From assembly GCA_048127485.1 (NCBI GenBank), contig JBHNWI010000006.1, positions 46,258,358 to 46,322,357 of the forward strand: DNA of 64,000 nucleotides, read 5' to 3'. Below are positions 39,157 to 51,771 of the stretch, one piece after another; the stretch's first letter is position 1, and every line of letters starts with the position of its first letter. The stretch comes from Solemya velum. Its lineage: Eukaryota. The notes below the pieces were generated by a model. It saw only the letters and a program-made list of their open reading frames with translations, was not told the origin of the DNA and searched no databases. Position numbers and translations under genes: made by a program.

Positions 39157-40309
39157 GTGTGACGTTTGGAGGCAGGTTTGGACAGCCATGAGCCCAGACT
39201 TGAATCCCATTGAGCGCTTTTAGGATATGCTTTAAAGAGACATCAACGCCCGAGACCCACTGCGCAGCTGCAAAAACCCATTCACCACGCCTGGGACAAC
39301 ATTCCAAGAGCAGCCATCAACCGCACCATCAACGCCATGCCCCGCAGGCGCCAGACTGCGATCGATGCGCGTGTGTGTCACACACTCTATTGGCTGTGCT
39401 CAGTAACAAATGGACTACCACAACTCTACAGACTTGCACGTGATTAACATTAAAGACACACTGTCCAAAATTTCAATCGTTTTCGATAACAAAATAGGTC
39501 GTAATTACTTTTTTATTTTCAGTAAATACTGATTTCGCGTTTCTTCTGTTGTTCAGTAGACATGTCTGTACAATAGGTTTTTGCGTGTTCTTTTATTTAC
39601 GTATTCCAAAAACTTATATCTTGATGATATTTTATAAAGACAACCTTGAAAAACGTTGACTGGACAAAATTCTATGATATGCAGTACACTTTGACGAAAT
39701 GTGGGTGATAAATTTTGACTTGGTTGGCAGAGTCAAATAAATTGCTTCATATATATATATATACGTCTGTTAAAATATTCTCATAAATTGTAGTATTAGG
39801 TTTTGAAGATAAATACTTCTATATCCTTGAGGTGTTTTAGACTGATTGAAATATTTTGACAGAATCGAATTCCATTAACTCCAAAAATTATGCTTTTTAT
39901 ATTTTTCATAAGTCCGACGTCATTTTCCAAGCTCATAACATACTTTTCTCAAGCATTCTACACTTACCTGGTTTGCCGAAATGAATCCATTTCAAATTTA
40001 AAGCACACATCATGTTACAGCATACAAATGAAATATGGAATTGCAAGATGGTGATGGATTGAGGTTTAACATCATTCCCAGCAATGTTTCAGCCATATAA
40101 GACGTGTGCGTGCGAGTGACCTGTACCTGCTGACGACATTGCGGGCTTATTCCGCTCTTTAAATCACTGTCAATGACACAGGACGTTTTGTAATTGAAAC
40201 ATTTTCGTTAGCTAACGTTTTATGTCTTGATTAGTGATGATGATGGTAATGTGCTGGTTTGTTTGGGGGGCTTCTAATGCACAATTACGAATTTTAAGCT
40301 CTGTCGATG

Positions 40310-40676
40310 CGTCAAAAGCTATAAGTATGAACGAATACTGACACCGGGTTAACCTGCCTTTGCGTTAACCTTAATATCGGTAATGTGCTGGTTTGTTTGG
40401 GGGGGGGGCTTCTAATGCACATTTACGAATTTTAAGCTCTGTCGGTGCGTGAAGGCGGGGGAAGAACCTGCACTTTACAATAAAAACAAAACCTTTTTAC
40501 AAATCAAAGTTATCAATAGCTATAAGTAAAAACAAATACTGACACTGGGTTAACCTGCCTTTGCGTTAACCTCAATATCGGACGCCTGACGGGCAGCCGC
40601 AAAGAATACTTTTGGTTTATCCCTTCCGGCGTTTAAATGGTCGTCCTAACCACTAGGCCACTCGTGGTTACACTTA
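40310..40676 (-). mobile_element. Truncated SINE family A fragments (central module only), partly in a roughly 140-bp tandem duplication
   Basis: TACTGACACCGGGTTAACCTGCCTTTGCGTTAACC...CTGACGGGCAGCCGCAAAGAATAC matches the family A central region. A similar module is present at 4985-5065. Confidence 0.5.
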
Positions 40677-41859
40677 ACTTGATTCATCTTAACGTTGAAC
40701 TAATCTCATAATGGCATTGACAATGAAATATGCCATATTCACATTGGATTAGTGCGATGAAATTAAAATGATGCTTGTGATCTTCAACAACTTGTGACAC
40801 ATTAAATTTCGAATAAATCCAACATAAAAGTCTAAGCAGAGCAGCTTGAAACCATGTCTTCTTCAAGTACTATATCATTGTTTATAATTTATTCTCACTT
40901 CAAAGACATGATTTCAAGCACATATGGTCTCAGTGGCATAGATCTACAGTACTTTATTGTGCTACAAGCCAATGCAATATTCATAGCTTGCTTTCAATTC
41001 AAATTTTACTATTTGTTCATACTTATAGCTATTGATAACTTTGATTTGTAAAAAAAAATTGTTTTCATTGTAAAAACGTTGTGCTTAAGTACATTCCCTT
41101 TGTACCAAATTTTTGTCTGCCAAACACTGATTTGTTCTTTTTTTAGGATACATATATTCAGTAGATGTTTGAGGAAATTGGGCAGTGATCAAAAAGTACG
41201 AAATCATCGTTGTGCACGTCGGTACAATCGATCTACCCGGTGGAAATACTTTTACAAATGAACGCCCAGATTTGGATCCAGAAACCAGATGCAAACATCA
41301 TTTTTGGGGGACTCCCACCCAGGCACCAGAACCAATTTGAAGGTTCCATCGACAGACACGATTGATTTCAAGATTATAATCTGCTTGCCATAGTTCTCAA
41401 CGCCACTACATGTATAGCCAATATTGTGCCGCTTTTGAGTTACGTCAACCACAACAACACAACAAATTCGAAGAAAAACATAATTAAAGAGACCATTTTA
41501 TATCTTATTTGAAGGAAGGCGATTTTAGCGTATTTGCTAAATCCATAGCGACAGACAGATCAGTATAACATTGTTTCATGTCAATTTCAAATATACGCGC
41601 GGGTCTGAGATCACTGTTTGTTTTAGACCGACCAGTCTGTCACGATTGTTTTCTCCCGGGACCGAATATAGGGGACACAGTGAGAAAGTCGCTCTATGTT
41701 TGTTTAGGTTCGTTGGTTAGATTATGAAACCTTAGGCCATTGGACCCATATGTTCCAAACACTAAAGCGTTGTAACAGTCAGATAAACTGAGTCACTAAA
41801 GTATCCGGCGAAGCCTGACTGTTTGTGTGATTGGTTTAAAGATTAATTAGTGTTACTTT

Positions 41860-41880
41860 AAAGAAACCGTCGGGGGGGGG

Positions 41881-41957
<77 letters not shown>

Positions 41958-42450
41958 AGAGAGAGAGAGAGAGCTGACACGGTCACGGCACAAGGCTTAT
42001 ATTCCCATGCGACGGATCGTACGTCACCTGAAGGTTTCCCTGTGCTTCTCAATTCTTGGCGTTCATGGACGTAAACCACAATTAATGTTGTTCTTTGTTT
42101 TTACCAAAATCCGCATAGTGCAGAGAGCAATCCGATAATTCAAATCATTTGATTTTTTTGTGTGCGGTAAGTAAAATCTCTCTATAGTATGTATACAAAG
42201 GGAGTTGAAGAAATGATTGGTTTATTTGGGGTTGTTAGCTTGGCCTTTCCTTGCAGGAATTAGCAAGCATATTTTGAGTCGCGTCTCTCATATAGTGTTA
42301 TTAGACTCATTCAAAAAATTGGTGTTCAACAGATTTTCAATGCAAACGTCGTTTGAACGTATAGTAAGGGAGGTCTTAAACACCAATATCAAATGTGCAA
42401 CATGGTATATATAAGCGTGTGTGATACAGCGAACAAAGAGAGCGGCGGAA
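41860..42450. repeat. About 550-bp segment led by a long (GA)n microsatellite; duplicated at 43440-43940
   Basis: (GA)n of about 45 and 30 units, followed by sequence roughly 85 percent identical (GCTGACACGGTCACGGCACAAGGCTTATATTCCCATGCGACGG...). Confidence 0.7.
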
Positions 42451-42529
42451 TTAAAATGTATAACTATAATTGAACACTCTGAGTTGAGTAGTTGGTTAAA
42501 ATCATAATTTGAAATTGTATTTGTTTATA

Positions 42530-43100
42530 AACTCATGGTGAGAAAATTATTGGAATCTCTCCAATAAACATATAATTACAACATCTAACATCACACCCGA
42601 GTCAGTTGACCCCGCGATACCACACGACATGAACATAAAATTGGACAGAATATTTTCACATAACTAGGAAATTCTTTACCAGAATTGATGGCTTTGTCAA
42701 AGATAGTGGAGTCAAGACCCCCATTCTTACAGTATTTCCAGTGGGAATCTGGGGTTTATTGCATGTCTCTCTAGGGACAAAACTCATGATGAGAAAAGTA
42801 TTGTTGAATCTCTCCAAAAACATATGATTACAACATCTAACATCACACCTGAGTCAGTTGACTACACGATACCACAAGACATGGACATATATCTTACTAA
42901 CCTACCTATAGTTAACCCAAGCCGGCACTAAAATTGGACAGCGCATTCTCAACATAACTATGAGTTTCGCAACCTGGTTCTTTGCTAGAATTGATGGTTT
43001 TGACAAAGATATTGGAGTCAATACCCCCATTCTTATAGTATTTCCAGTAGGAATCTGGGGTTTATTGCATGTCTCACTAGAGGGCCACAACCCATTTTTA
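42530..43100. repeat. Tandem duplication, about 250 bp, roughly 2.2 copies
   Basis: AACTCATGGTGAGAAAATTATTGGAATCTCTCC...TTTATTGCATGTCTC is repeated. Confidence 0.6.
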
Positions 43101-43448
43101 TACTCACATGCGACGGGCCGTAAATGGGTCATCCAAAAGTATAAAACATCATCTAGAATTTTGATTTGCTACCAAATTCTAAACTCAGAACATTGTATTG
43201 ACGCGAACCGGTGACCGCCAGATTAGGAACCAAGTGCGCTGCCTCTACGCTATGCAGGCAGAAGACTCAAATCTATATCGGCCAGCCACACAGGCATAGT
43301 ATACAAACAAAACCGAGTCTGTAAAGTATGTGTCGTCATATGTTTAATCAGAATCATTTGAGAGAAAAAGATTAAGCCAGATTAACCCAGGTACAGAGCC
43401 GCAACTCTTAGATCGGTTTGACATCTGACATTTTCGTTGTGTCTCGTA

Positions 43449-43515
<67 letters not shown>

Positions 43516-44432
43516 AAGCTGACACGTTCACGACACAAGGCTTATATTCCCATGCGACGGATCGTACGTCACCTGAAAGTTTCCCTTTGCTTCGCAATTC
43601 TTGGCGTTCATGGACGTAAACCACAATTAATGTTGTTCTTTGTTCTTACCAAATCCGCATAGTGCAGAGACCAATCCGAATATTCAAACCATTTGATTTT
43701 TTGTGTGCGGTAAATAAAATCTCTATAATGTGTATACAAAAGGCCAACAAAGGGCGTTGAAGACATGATTGGATATTGAGGGTTGTTTGCTTGGCCTTTA
43801 ATTGCAAGAATTCGCAAACATGATTTAAGTCGCGTCTCTCATATAGTGTTATTAGACTCATTCAAAATAATGGTGTTCAACAGATTGTAAATGCAACCGT
43901 CGTTTGAACGTATAGTAAGGGAGGTTATACACACCTTTATCAAAGGCGCAACATAATAGTATTTTTTGGTAGATAGATAATGTAATAAAAAAGTGTGTGA
44001 AAGAGAGAGAGAGAGAGCACAGAAAAGTGTCTTACTTAGTCTATCATTACACGCTCCGGAATGAAGGCTTCAATATTATTATTAATCGCGTTCGTTCTTT
44101 AACAATATGATTTTGATATTTAAGATGATTATTTCCAGACTACCGGATGCCTAGTTAAAGCATAGATACATCGACTAGGGACCCGGTACCGGACCCCTAG
44201 CAACTGCCTTTTCACCAGTATGGTTGGTTGGTTGGTTGGTTGATGGTTAACGTCTTGCCAGCCCATAAGGGTCTCTCAAGACTTTAGGTGGATGGAAGAG
44301 GATATCCACCAGTATGGCACATAGGTACTTGTAGACTTTGAGAATATAGACTTTGAGATGGTCCCCGATGTATGATATTTTTTTACTATAAAAAGAGAAG
44401 GTAGGACACTCTTTCGAAAGACGTTGGACGCA

Positions 44433-45570
44433 TGTAAAATCGCAGGCAAAATATCAAATTGCAGGGATGGGAATACCAGAATAGTTTGAAAAGCCAAAAG
44501 TATCCCTGAACTTGCAAGCTGTACGCCTCATCAGCAGGGCTTCGGGTATGAAGATGTGATGGTCGATGTTGTTACGCTTGAAGCCGTGATCCCAACCCGC
44601 CGTACTTGCAAGTGCGTGCTGTCTACTTGCAAAAACGTGGCCAAAATTTGGGGATTTTATTGCATGCAGAACTTTCGTTGCGGTTGGGCTACGGATTCCC
44701 CCAGTACGGGTGACGTGCGTGACCTCTACTGCCACTGAGCGCCCAACGCCGTGACTCCCTCAGTCTTTTAAGTTTTTCCTCACGGTCATTTGCTCTATGG
44801 ACGGCGCACTTTGTGCCTACTGCGCGCCTGATAAGTGCGTTTCCGTGCTTACTCGTACGTACGGTGTTCTTATTCACTCGCATTGTAAGTGCGTGTAAGT
44901 GAGATGAACGTGAGTTTTCACGCCCGATGTCGGGGATATATATAGGACGCCCTTCCGAGGTTTCCCAGAAATCCCAGTTGCTGCTGCCTGAAGATGCCGC
45001 TCATTCCACAGCAGAGACTCCGGGTTCTGGGGCTGCAAGAACAGCTTCAAATGGTAGCACTGAGCATGCCGTGGCATTACTTGTCTTGATACGGGAGAGG
45101 AAGAGGCAACAGGGAGGCCGATGCAGGAGATGGTGGGTTTGCTCATGACCGAGAGGAGGAGGCTTTTCGGGCAGTACGATACGTTGTTCCAAGAGCTAGA
45201 GCGTGGATCGAGGGGGACTATGTCTGATACATCCGAATGGACCCCAATCTCTTCGCCGAGCTCCTGCTCAGAGTGACCCTTTGAATTACCAAGGGCCCGA
45301 GGTGTGTGCATGCAATAAAAATGCTACGGTGTATCTGCGTGCTCTCAAACCGTACTGAGGTACGTGGCACTCACCACGTACGGATCCCCAAATTTTGGCC
45401 ACGTTTTTGCAAGCAGACAGCACGCACTTGCAAGTACGGCGGGTTGGGACCACGGCTTTAAGCGTAACAACATCGACCTTCACATCTTGCTACCCGAAGC
45501 CCTGCTTGAAAGTCCAGAGATACTTTTGGCTTTTCAAACCATTCTGGTTTTCCCATCCCATTTTGCCTGT
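44433..45570. mobile_element. Non-autonomous foldback-like element with roughly 210-bp TIRs
   Basis: 44433-44660 is the reverse complement of 45375-45570. A TIR fragment of the same family is nested at 33730-33870. Confidence 0.5.
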
Positions 45571-45596
45571 TCCACCCGACGTTGAAATTAAATTAT

Positions 45597-45683
45597 GATG
45601 CGGCCGCCAGATAATATAAATTAAGTGGCGGCCGCCAGATAAAATGAATTAAGTGGCGGCCGCCAGATAAAATACTTTCACCC
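45597..45683. repeat. Three tandem copies of a 28-30-bp unit containing GCGGCCGC
   Basis: AATTAAGTGGCGGCCGCCAGATAAAAT occurs three times, immediately 3' of the long-TIR element and 5' of a SINE. Confidence 0.7.
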
Positions 45684-45729
45684 TGGCACTACTGGGCTTC
45701 CGTAGAAATGGGAACATGAATTCGTAGTT

Positions 45730-46046
45730 GCCCCGATAGCGCAGCGGTAGCGCATCTGATTTGTGATGCAGGGATCGTGAGTTCGATTCCCGGTTGATCA
45801 GTTGGATTTTTCAGAGGTCTTCGACCTCGGGGTGACCTATAGTCGTTCGGAAGGGACTTTAAACCGAGGTCTAGTGTATCTGTGCTTTACACGGGGCACT
45901 ATAAAGAACCAGGCTGGCTCTGTCGAATAAAGAGCAGGGTGCTTCACCCGGGTTGGTCTGTATCCGTCTTTCTCTATATTCTTCACTCAAGAACATATGG
46001 GCCTACGGCCTACGGTTCTCTACTCAAACAACAACAACAACAACAA
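45730..46046 (+). mobile_element. tRNA-derived SINE, family B (A box TAGCGCAGCGG, B box GAGTTCGATTCC, (CAA)n tail), full copy
   Basis: TSD ACATGAATTCGT at 45716-45727 and 46047-46058. Four copies in the window share more than 85 percent identity. Confidence 0.8.
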
Positions 46047-46847
46047 CATGAATTCGTGAAAAAAAACAGCCGAAAGTCTAAAACGAAAACAAAGTCTCGG
46101 CACCTTATACAATCGTTCAATATACGTATATCCAACGAACAGTTAGTTATTCATCCGATTGGGAATCTCGAGCAAAGAGCCATGGTGTTATAATTGTAAC
46201 AGGCTGAATGATCCTGTCTACATTTCCATGGGAAACTAGTTTCAACACGAATTGTGGTTTCAAAAATAACAGTTCAGTGGACATTTATAAGCCAAGTAAA
46301 ACAATCGGCCAGAATGTATGTACTAACTAAATAAATATCATTTATGTCAATGTTATAATAAACCGATTTCTATAAGGACCGGAATATGCCGAATTGTCAC
46401 CTTGTCCCAAGTCCTTGTATCCGGAAGAAAAATTTTAAGTAGCTCTATAATATTCATTTATCTGATTTGTTTGCTTGTCTCAAGTAAGATAAACTTCACT
46501 CGGGTAAGCCAATTCTGAACTTTGTTTGTATGTGAATGCGAGATAATATGAACAACTTGGATTTACTGGTTAAGATTTCCGACATATACATAATAACATT
46601 ACTCTAACAGTAACACTAATCATAAGCCCATATATACATTGCATTACGCAATTTACACTTCATGCGATACCCGATATAATATAAATGTACTTTCTTATAA
46701 TATCAAACGATTGTGATTGATAGAAATAATACGACAGAATGAGGTCACAGTGTGGTTCGATGAGGAACTGGTGGAGCCAAAGTACAACTGAACGCATCCT
46801 TGGAGACACAGCGGCGACACCACGCCCAGCCCTGTCAGTGATGAGTT

Positions 46848-47146
46848 GCCACGATAGCGTATTGGTAGCGCACCCGATTTGTGAGACGTGGATCGTGACT
46901 TCGATTCCCGCTTGATCAGTTGGGATTTTTCAGAGGTCTTCGAGCTCGGGTGACCTATAGTCGTTCGGAAGAGACTTTAAACTTAGGTCTAGTGTATCTG
47001 TGCTTTACACGGGGCACTATAAAGAACCAGGCTGGCTCTGTCGAATAAAGAGCAGGGTACGTGCTTCACCCGGGTTGGCCTGTATCCGTCTCCTCTATAT
47101 TCTTCACTCAAGAACATTTGGGCCTATGCAAACAACAACAACAAAC
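46848..47146 (+). mobile_element. SINE family B copy
   Basis: The head is GCCACGATAGCGTATTGGTAGCGCACC and the tail is (ACA)n. The TSD is CTGTCAGTGATG before and CTGTCATTGATG after. Confidence 0.75.
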
Positions 47147-47284
47147 TGTCATTGATGTGTTTAGTCTTTATCAAACCCAGTCTTTATCAAACCCACTTTT
47201 GATACTTACTATATTCTAATTGTCCCCAACAGAGTTTTATAATTACCTAATTTTCAATTACACTAGGTAGTCAGAAAAATTAAC

Positions 47285-47395
47285 ATCTAGTTTACAGTAG
47301 ATGGATAGGTCGGTGGGTGGATGGATGGATGGGTAGATGGATGGGTGGTTGGGTTTTGGATGGGTGGATGGATACTCTCCAACAACACATCACAT
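47285..47395. repeat. G-rich (GGATGG/GGGTGG)n repeat
   Basis: Many GGG runs that could in principle form a G-quadruplex. Confidence 0.7.
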
Positions 47396-48419
47396 CTGAT
47401 ATACATATAATAGAAAAAAGTTTAAAAGTTGGAAACTATCCTATTTATAGAGCTATGAGAGACTATAGGAGTATTTCATATGCTGGTATGTGATACAGAA
47501 CTATTCTACCTGAGGGGGCACAAACTGGGATAAAACCCAAGGCTTGCCGATGCATAATGCATACTAAGATATTGCTTACAACAAAAGTATAGATAAAATG
47601 AATTTTGAAAAAAAATACAAGATTAAAATGAAGTCAATATCTTTTGCTAGTTAAATTGTTTAGAAAAAAGTTTTCAAATAAACGACGTCTATAGAACACC
47701 TTTTGCCCCATAGCAGCTTGTTATATAATGAAATTTTTCATTATTCATAGTACCCTTGAATTTTTGTTGTGTACTATGCATACCAAATGTTGAATAGTGG
47801 ATAGAAGTCACTCATTAGTCAAATGTGAATTTAGAGCTAAAGTATTTCCATTCGATGACAAGAAATCTTATGTAAAAATTACTGAGAAAATATATGGTAG
47901 CCTGGTTAGTTGCAACTTAAATTTAGGAGTCATTATACAATGACTCTCATATTTAGTTTAATGATATTCTCAATTTTGCAGTGGAATGCTCAAAGTTTTA
48001 ATGCGAATGGATACTATCAAACTTATTTTAGTTATAGATAAGTGTATTGACCATGGGAATCTACCTTATGAATATCAATTCAGGAAATCGTTTTCCTCAG
48101 AATAAATAGTCTGTACATGACAGAAATGTTGGAGGTATTTTCAATATTTTTCCCAATTATATTTTCTGCAAACCAGATATCTTCATAGTGTGACAATGTT
48201 GACATCACAAACACTAAAGATAATACAAATATCTCTCAGGATTTTTACAGTTATAATTCTCATAAGATATTATTTTTTAATTTTCAAATCTGTAGTTGTC
48301 CTGTACTTTCAAATTGAATGGTCAATATTTTCCAATTTCCCTTTTTTTTGTCTTCCAAGTTTCCAAGTCTGGGGAATTGCAGTAAACTCTGTACATCTGA
48401 ATTGGAATAGATAACATGT

Positions 48420-48940
48420 GAACTACCCTAACAACATGCTTTTAATGACAGTATATATTGCTGAACAACATGCCCTTAATGACAGTAATATTAGTGCTGT
48501 TCCGATTAATCAAGTTCATCGAGCATTGCTTGCTCTACACACCATTCTGATTAATCGAGTACGCCGGTCTGTAATCGATTAAACCATAAGCTATTGATTT
48601 CAAATGCTTTGTTTTTTGTGTTTATTTTCTAGTACAAAATTACAAATTCGAACAGCAATTTTCAGGTACTGAGTTACCTGACAGAGTTTATAAGTATAAA
48701 AAACCTATCCAAATAGCCAAATTACCACAGTCTATTCAATTTTCATGCAAATGGCTCACCAGTTTTAGACTATCAGTTTCACTAATATTGATTATGGCAG
48801 TCATTGTTAATCGATTACTGATCGACCATCGGTTGGCATGGTCGACCGATGATCGATCATGAAAAATTCAACCGATTCCGAGCACTAGTATATATTGCTG
48901 AACAACATGCTTTTAATGACAGTATATATTGATATCAACA
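48420..48940. mobile_element. Small inverted-repeat element with a duplicated GCTGAACAACATGC..TTAATGACAGTATATATTG motif
   Basis: Repeated blocks at 48440-48500 and 48880-48940 flank GATTAATCG-rich palindromic sequence. Confidence 0.3.
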
Positions 48941-50665
48941 AACTATATATCCATGGACAGTATCATAAGAACAATGGCCTACTGAAATGCAATGAAAATT
49001 GATGCTTGAATAAAATTAAATTCTAAAAAATAAAATGTAACACAAACAGGAATATAAGTATTATATTCCCTATTTTTCACAATATTATTATTTTTCTACT
49101 TTGTATTACTTGTATATATGTATGGTGAAATTTAATTGTTTGGCTAGAGCTTGCTTTCCTTCTTTGACGAGTTTCTGAATGAAATCAGCCTTATAAGAGT
49201 ACAAAGGCAAGTCTACCAACGATGGAGTGACTAACATCACTTTACATTACCTGGATGTAAAACAACCAACTGCAGTAGGACGAAATGCAAGTGTTCTAAT
49301 GCAAGAAAGCTATGTCTGTATGAGTGCGTATGGCACAGATCTGGGTATGCAGACTGAAAAGTTCATTCAAGGTGTTATATCTTCATATAACTAAGTATAC
49401 ATGCGTCTGTTGTCGAATTTTTCTCATGCCTATGCATTGAAGACAGGTGTATCTTTAGTAATGCACATGGGTAATATTATGAGAGTATTTCATATGCGTA
49501 CACATGTCGTCTAGAGAACTATTTCACCCGAGGAGGTACAGATTAAGGTTTAATACTTCTATACACTATACACAGGCATATGGCATACTTTCATCAAAGG
49601 ATTTGGACTTAGACCACAATTATGTCCCCTGCTGGTTGTCGACAATGCGGAAATTGTAGTAAAATCAGGACTCGGCTTTGGCAGCGAACAGCGACGGAGT
49701 ATACATATCAATATTCTCGTAACACAGCTCCACAAACAGAGCATAGATTCAATTTTTCAGCCATATAAGTGACATGAAGCTCCCAAGCTCAAAACTATAC
49801 AATATGAGGCAAAAACGCCTATTTTATTGGTGTGAAAATAGACATTTTTCTACTCATTTTAAAATTGTCTCGGTCTAGGATGTTCGTCTGAGATTATTTT
49901 CATAATGCGCCATTGGAATTTGTTGGCTCTTTGAATACACACTATAGAGAGGTGTTCTGTACAGCATATTTGAATCATTGGTGTGGTATCTGCACTATGC
50001 AGATTTTGGTAATAACAAAGCACAAAATAATTGTGGTCTATGTCCATTTATGTCTCTGCATGTCAGTCACGAAACCACCATTTTGCATCTATCCATTTAT
50101 TTTGATACAGGTATGAGTGCTCGGGGCATAAATTGAGATGAAGCCTTGGCAAGCCTTGGGTTTTTATCTCGACCTATGTCCCCCTTATGTGGAATAGTTC
50201 CATACAACACACACATATATGAAATACTGTTGTAATAGTTATTACCTAGGTATATTACATAGGATACACCAGTCTGGCATGCCTAGGTATGAGAGAAATG
50301 AGAGTATGGTAGACGTTTGCATCTCATCTCCACAATTCACCACAAAGCAATTTTCAAAGATTGGTTTAAAAAAAAGAGTTTGGGAAATTGATGTACTAGT
50401 TTGTACACATGGATTAGTATAATTTGTGCAATTACCTTTTTGTACATTATGTGTCAAATAAAATAAGTTTAAACCAATGTCATATATATAACTGAATTTT
50501 GCAATTTGTAGGTAGATGGCAGAAACAGAAACTGACTTAAAATAAATCTGTGAGTTTCACTCTCACATCAGCGGCAAATCATGTTGCAGTAATTCCTCCA
50601 CGAAATTAAACGAAAGTACATCTGCACCGTCACATTGTGCCAAATGCACAGAATTGTCAAAAAAT

Positions 50666-51244
50666 ATGTCTTCTTCGGAAAAAGCTGTTTTTGCAAGAAA
50701 TACTTCTGATAATTCCAAAGCAGGAGTGAATGTTGATCAGCTTGAAGAACAGTCTATTGGTTCAGCAAACACAACAACACAACTCTTAGACACGACCCTA
50801 AGCAAAATTGGGGAATCTCAGAATGGAACTACTTCTGATGATGAAATATCGGCACGTGTGTATAAAAGAGTGAAGTGGGATTCGAGCCACAAGAGTGCGA
50901 AGAAAGAAACGTCTGATAGGAGACATGAACTGACTGATGGCTTGAAGTATGTCAGCAAGTGCAGTTCTGATATTAGTTATAAAGAAAAAGAAAATAGAGA
51001 AAAAGCTATCAAATGCAGCAATTTGTCACCGATTGAACTTCATGAAATAGAGCAAGATAGTGGAAACTGTTCAACACACAGTGCTGAGATGGTTCGGGAA
51101 AACTGTTCATTTTGTCAAGATGATACATGTGCTCTAGAATATTGTGAGGATTGCTGTGTTTCGTGCTGTACCACATGCTTCGGTGCAATTCATTCAAGTA
51201 AAGGTTCATTTAAAAACCACATGATCACCGAACTCAGATTAAAG
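50666..51244 (+). CDS. First coding exon of a B-box (TRIM-like) zinc-finger gene: disordered S/T/N-rich N-terminus plus B-box
   Basis: ATG at 50666. The protein includes ...CSFCQDDTCALEYCEDCCVSCCTTCFGAIHSSKGSFKNHMITELRLK with a donor AAG|GTAATT. The Cys/His spacing is B-box-like. The frame is also open upstream from the stop at 50543-50545, through HCAKC, with possible acceptors at 50570 or 50588. Confidence 0.5.
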
Positions 51245-51287
51245 GTAATTTAATCTGCAAAAACACTCCCTTCCTTCATTGTTTTTC

Positions 51288-51404
51288 TGTGAAACATGTG
51301 ATGTGGGCATTTGTACCAGTTGTATGACTGTCAAAGAAGAGAACAAAGAGTCACACAGACTGCACGCAATCAAAAAGATGGCAGAGTATGTTGAAGATAA
51401 AAAG
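51288..51404 (+). CDS. B-box 2-like exon (CETCDVGICTSCMTVKEENKESHRLHAIKKMAEYVEDKK); the 5' boundary is unresolved
   Basis: The pattern C-x2-C-x4-C-x2-C-x10-H-x2-H is followed by the donor AAG|GTAAGG. The frame is +1 relative to exon 1. There is no AG dinucleotide anywhere between 51249 and 51324. Confidence 0.4.
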
Positions 51405-51771
51405 GTAAGGAATTTCTAGTTAACACATCAGAGTATATTTCTTTACTTCTAGTTCAATATCCGCATGTATATCCTACATTAAATATTTTATCTGAGTTCA
51501 GACTCCTGTACCACCGAAAGGTGACCAGGATGGCTAATAAGGCAATGAGTGATTGGCATATTCGGCTCTGGGCCCATATGTGCTAGCTTTAAAAATCCTA
51601 GATGCATAGTGTTTGTCTACAACCACTGTTTGTGATGTAGTTTAACATCCACCCAAAAGTCGTGTTGATTCAGAGATGATGTCCAGTTGCCACAGTGTGG
51701 AAATTTCCTTCGATGTTCATAATGTTCATAAAATGTCAAAGTCAGAAAAGTATTCACATATCTTCACAACC

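Noticed and set aside
45730-45800. tRNA-like sequences at SINE 5' ends considered as genuine tRNA genes
   Set aside because: The anticodon and T stems do not pair canonically. The sequences continue into conserved SINE bodies with microsatellite tails and TSDs. They are SINE heads, not tRNA genes.
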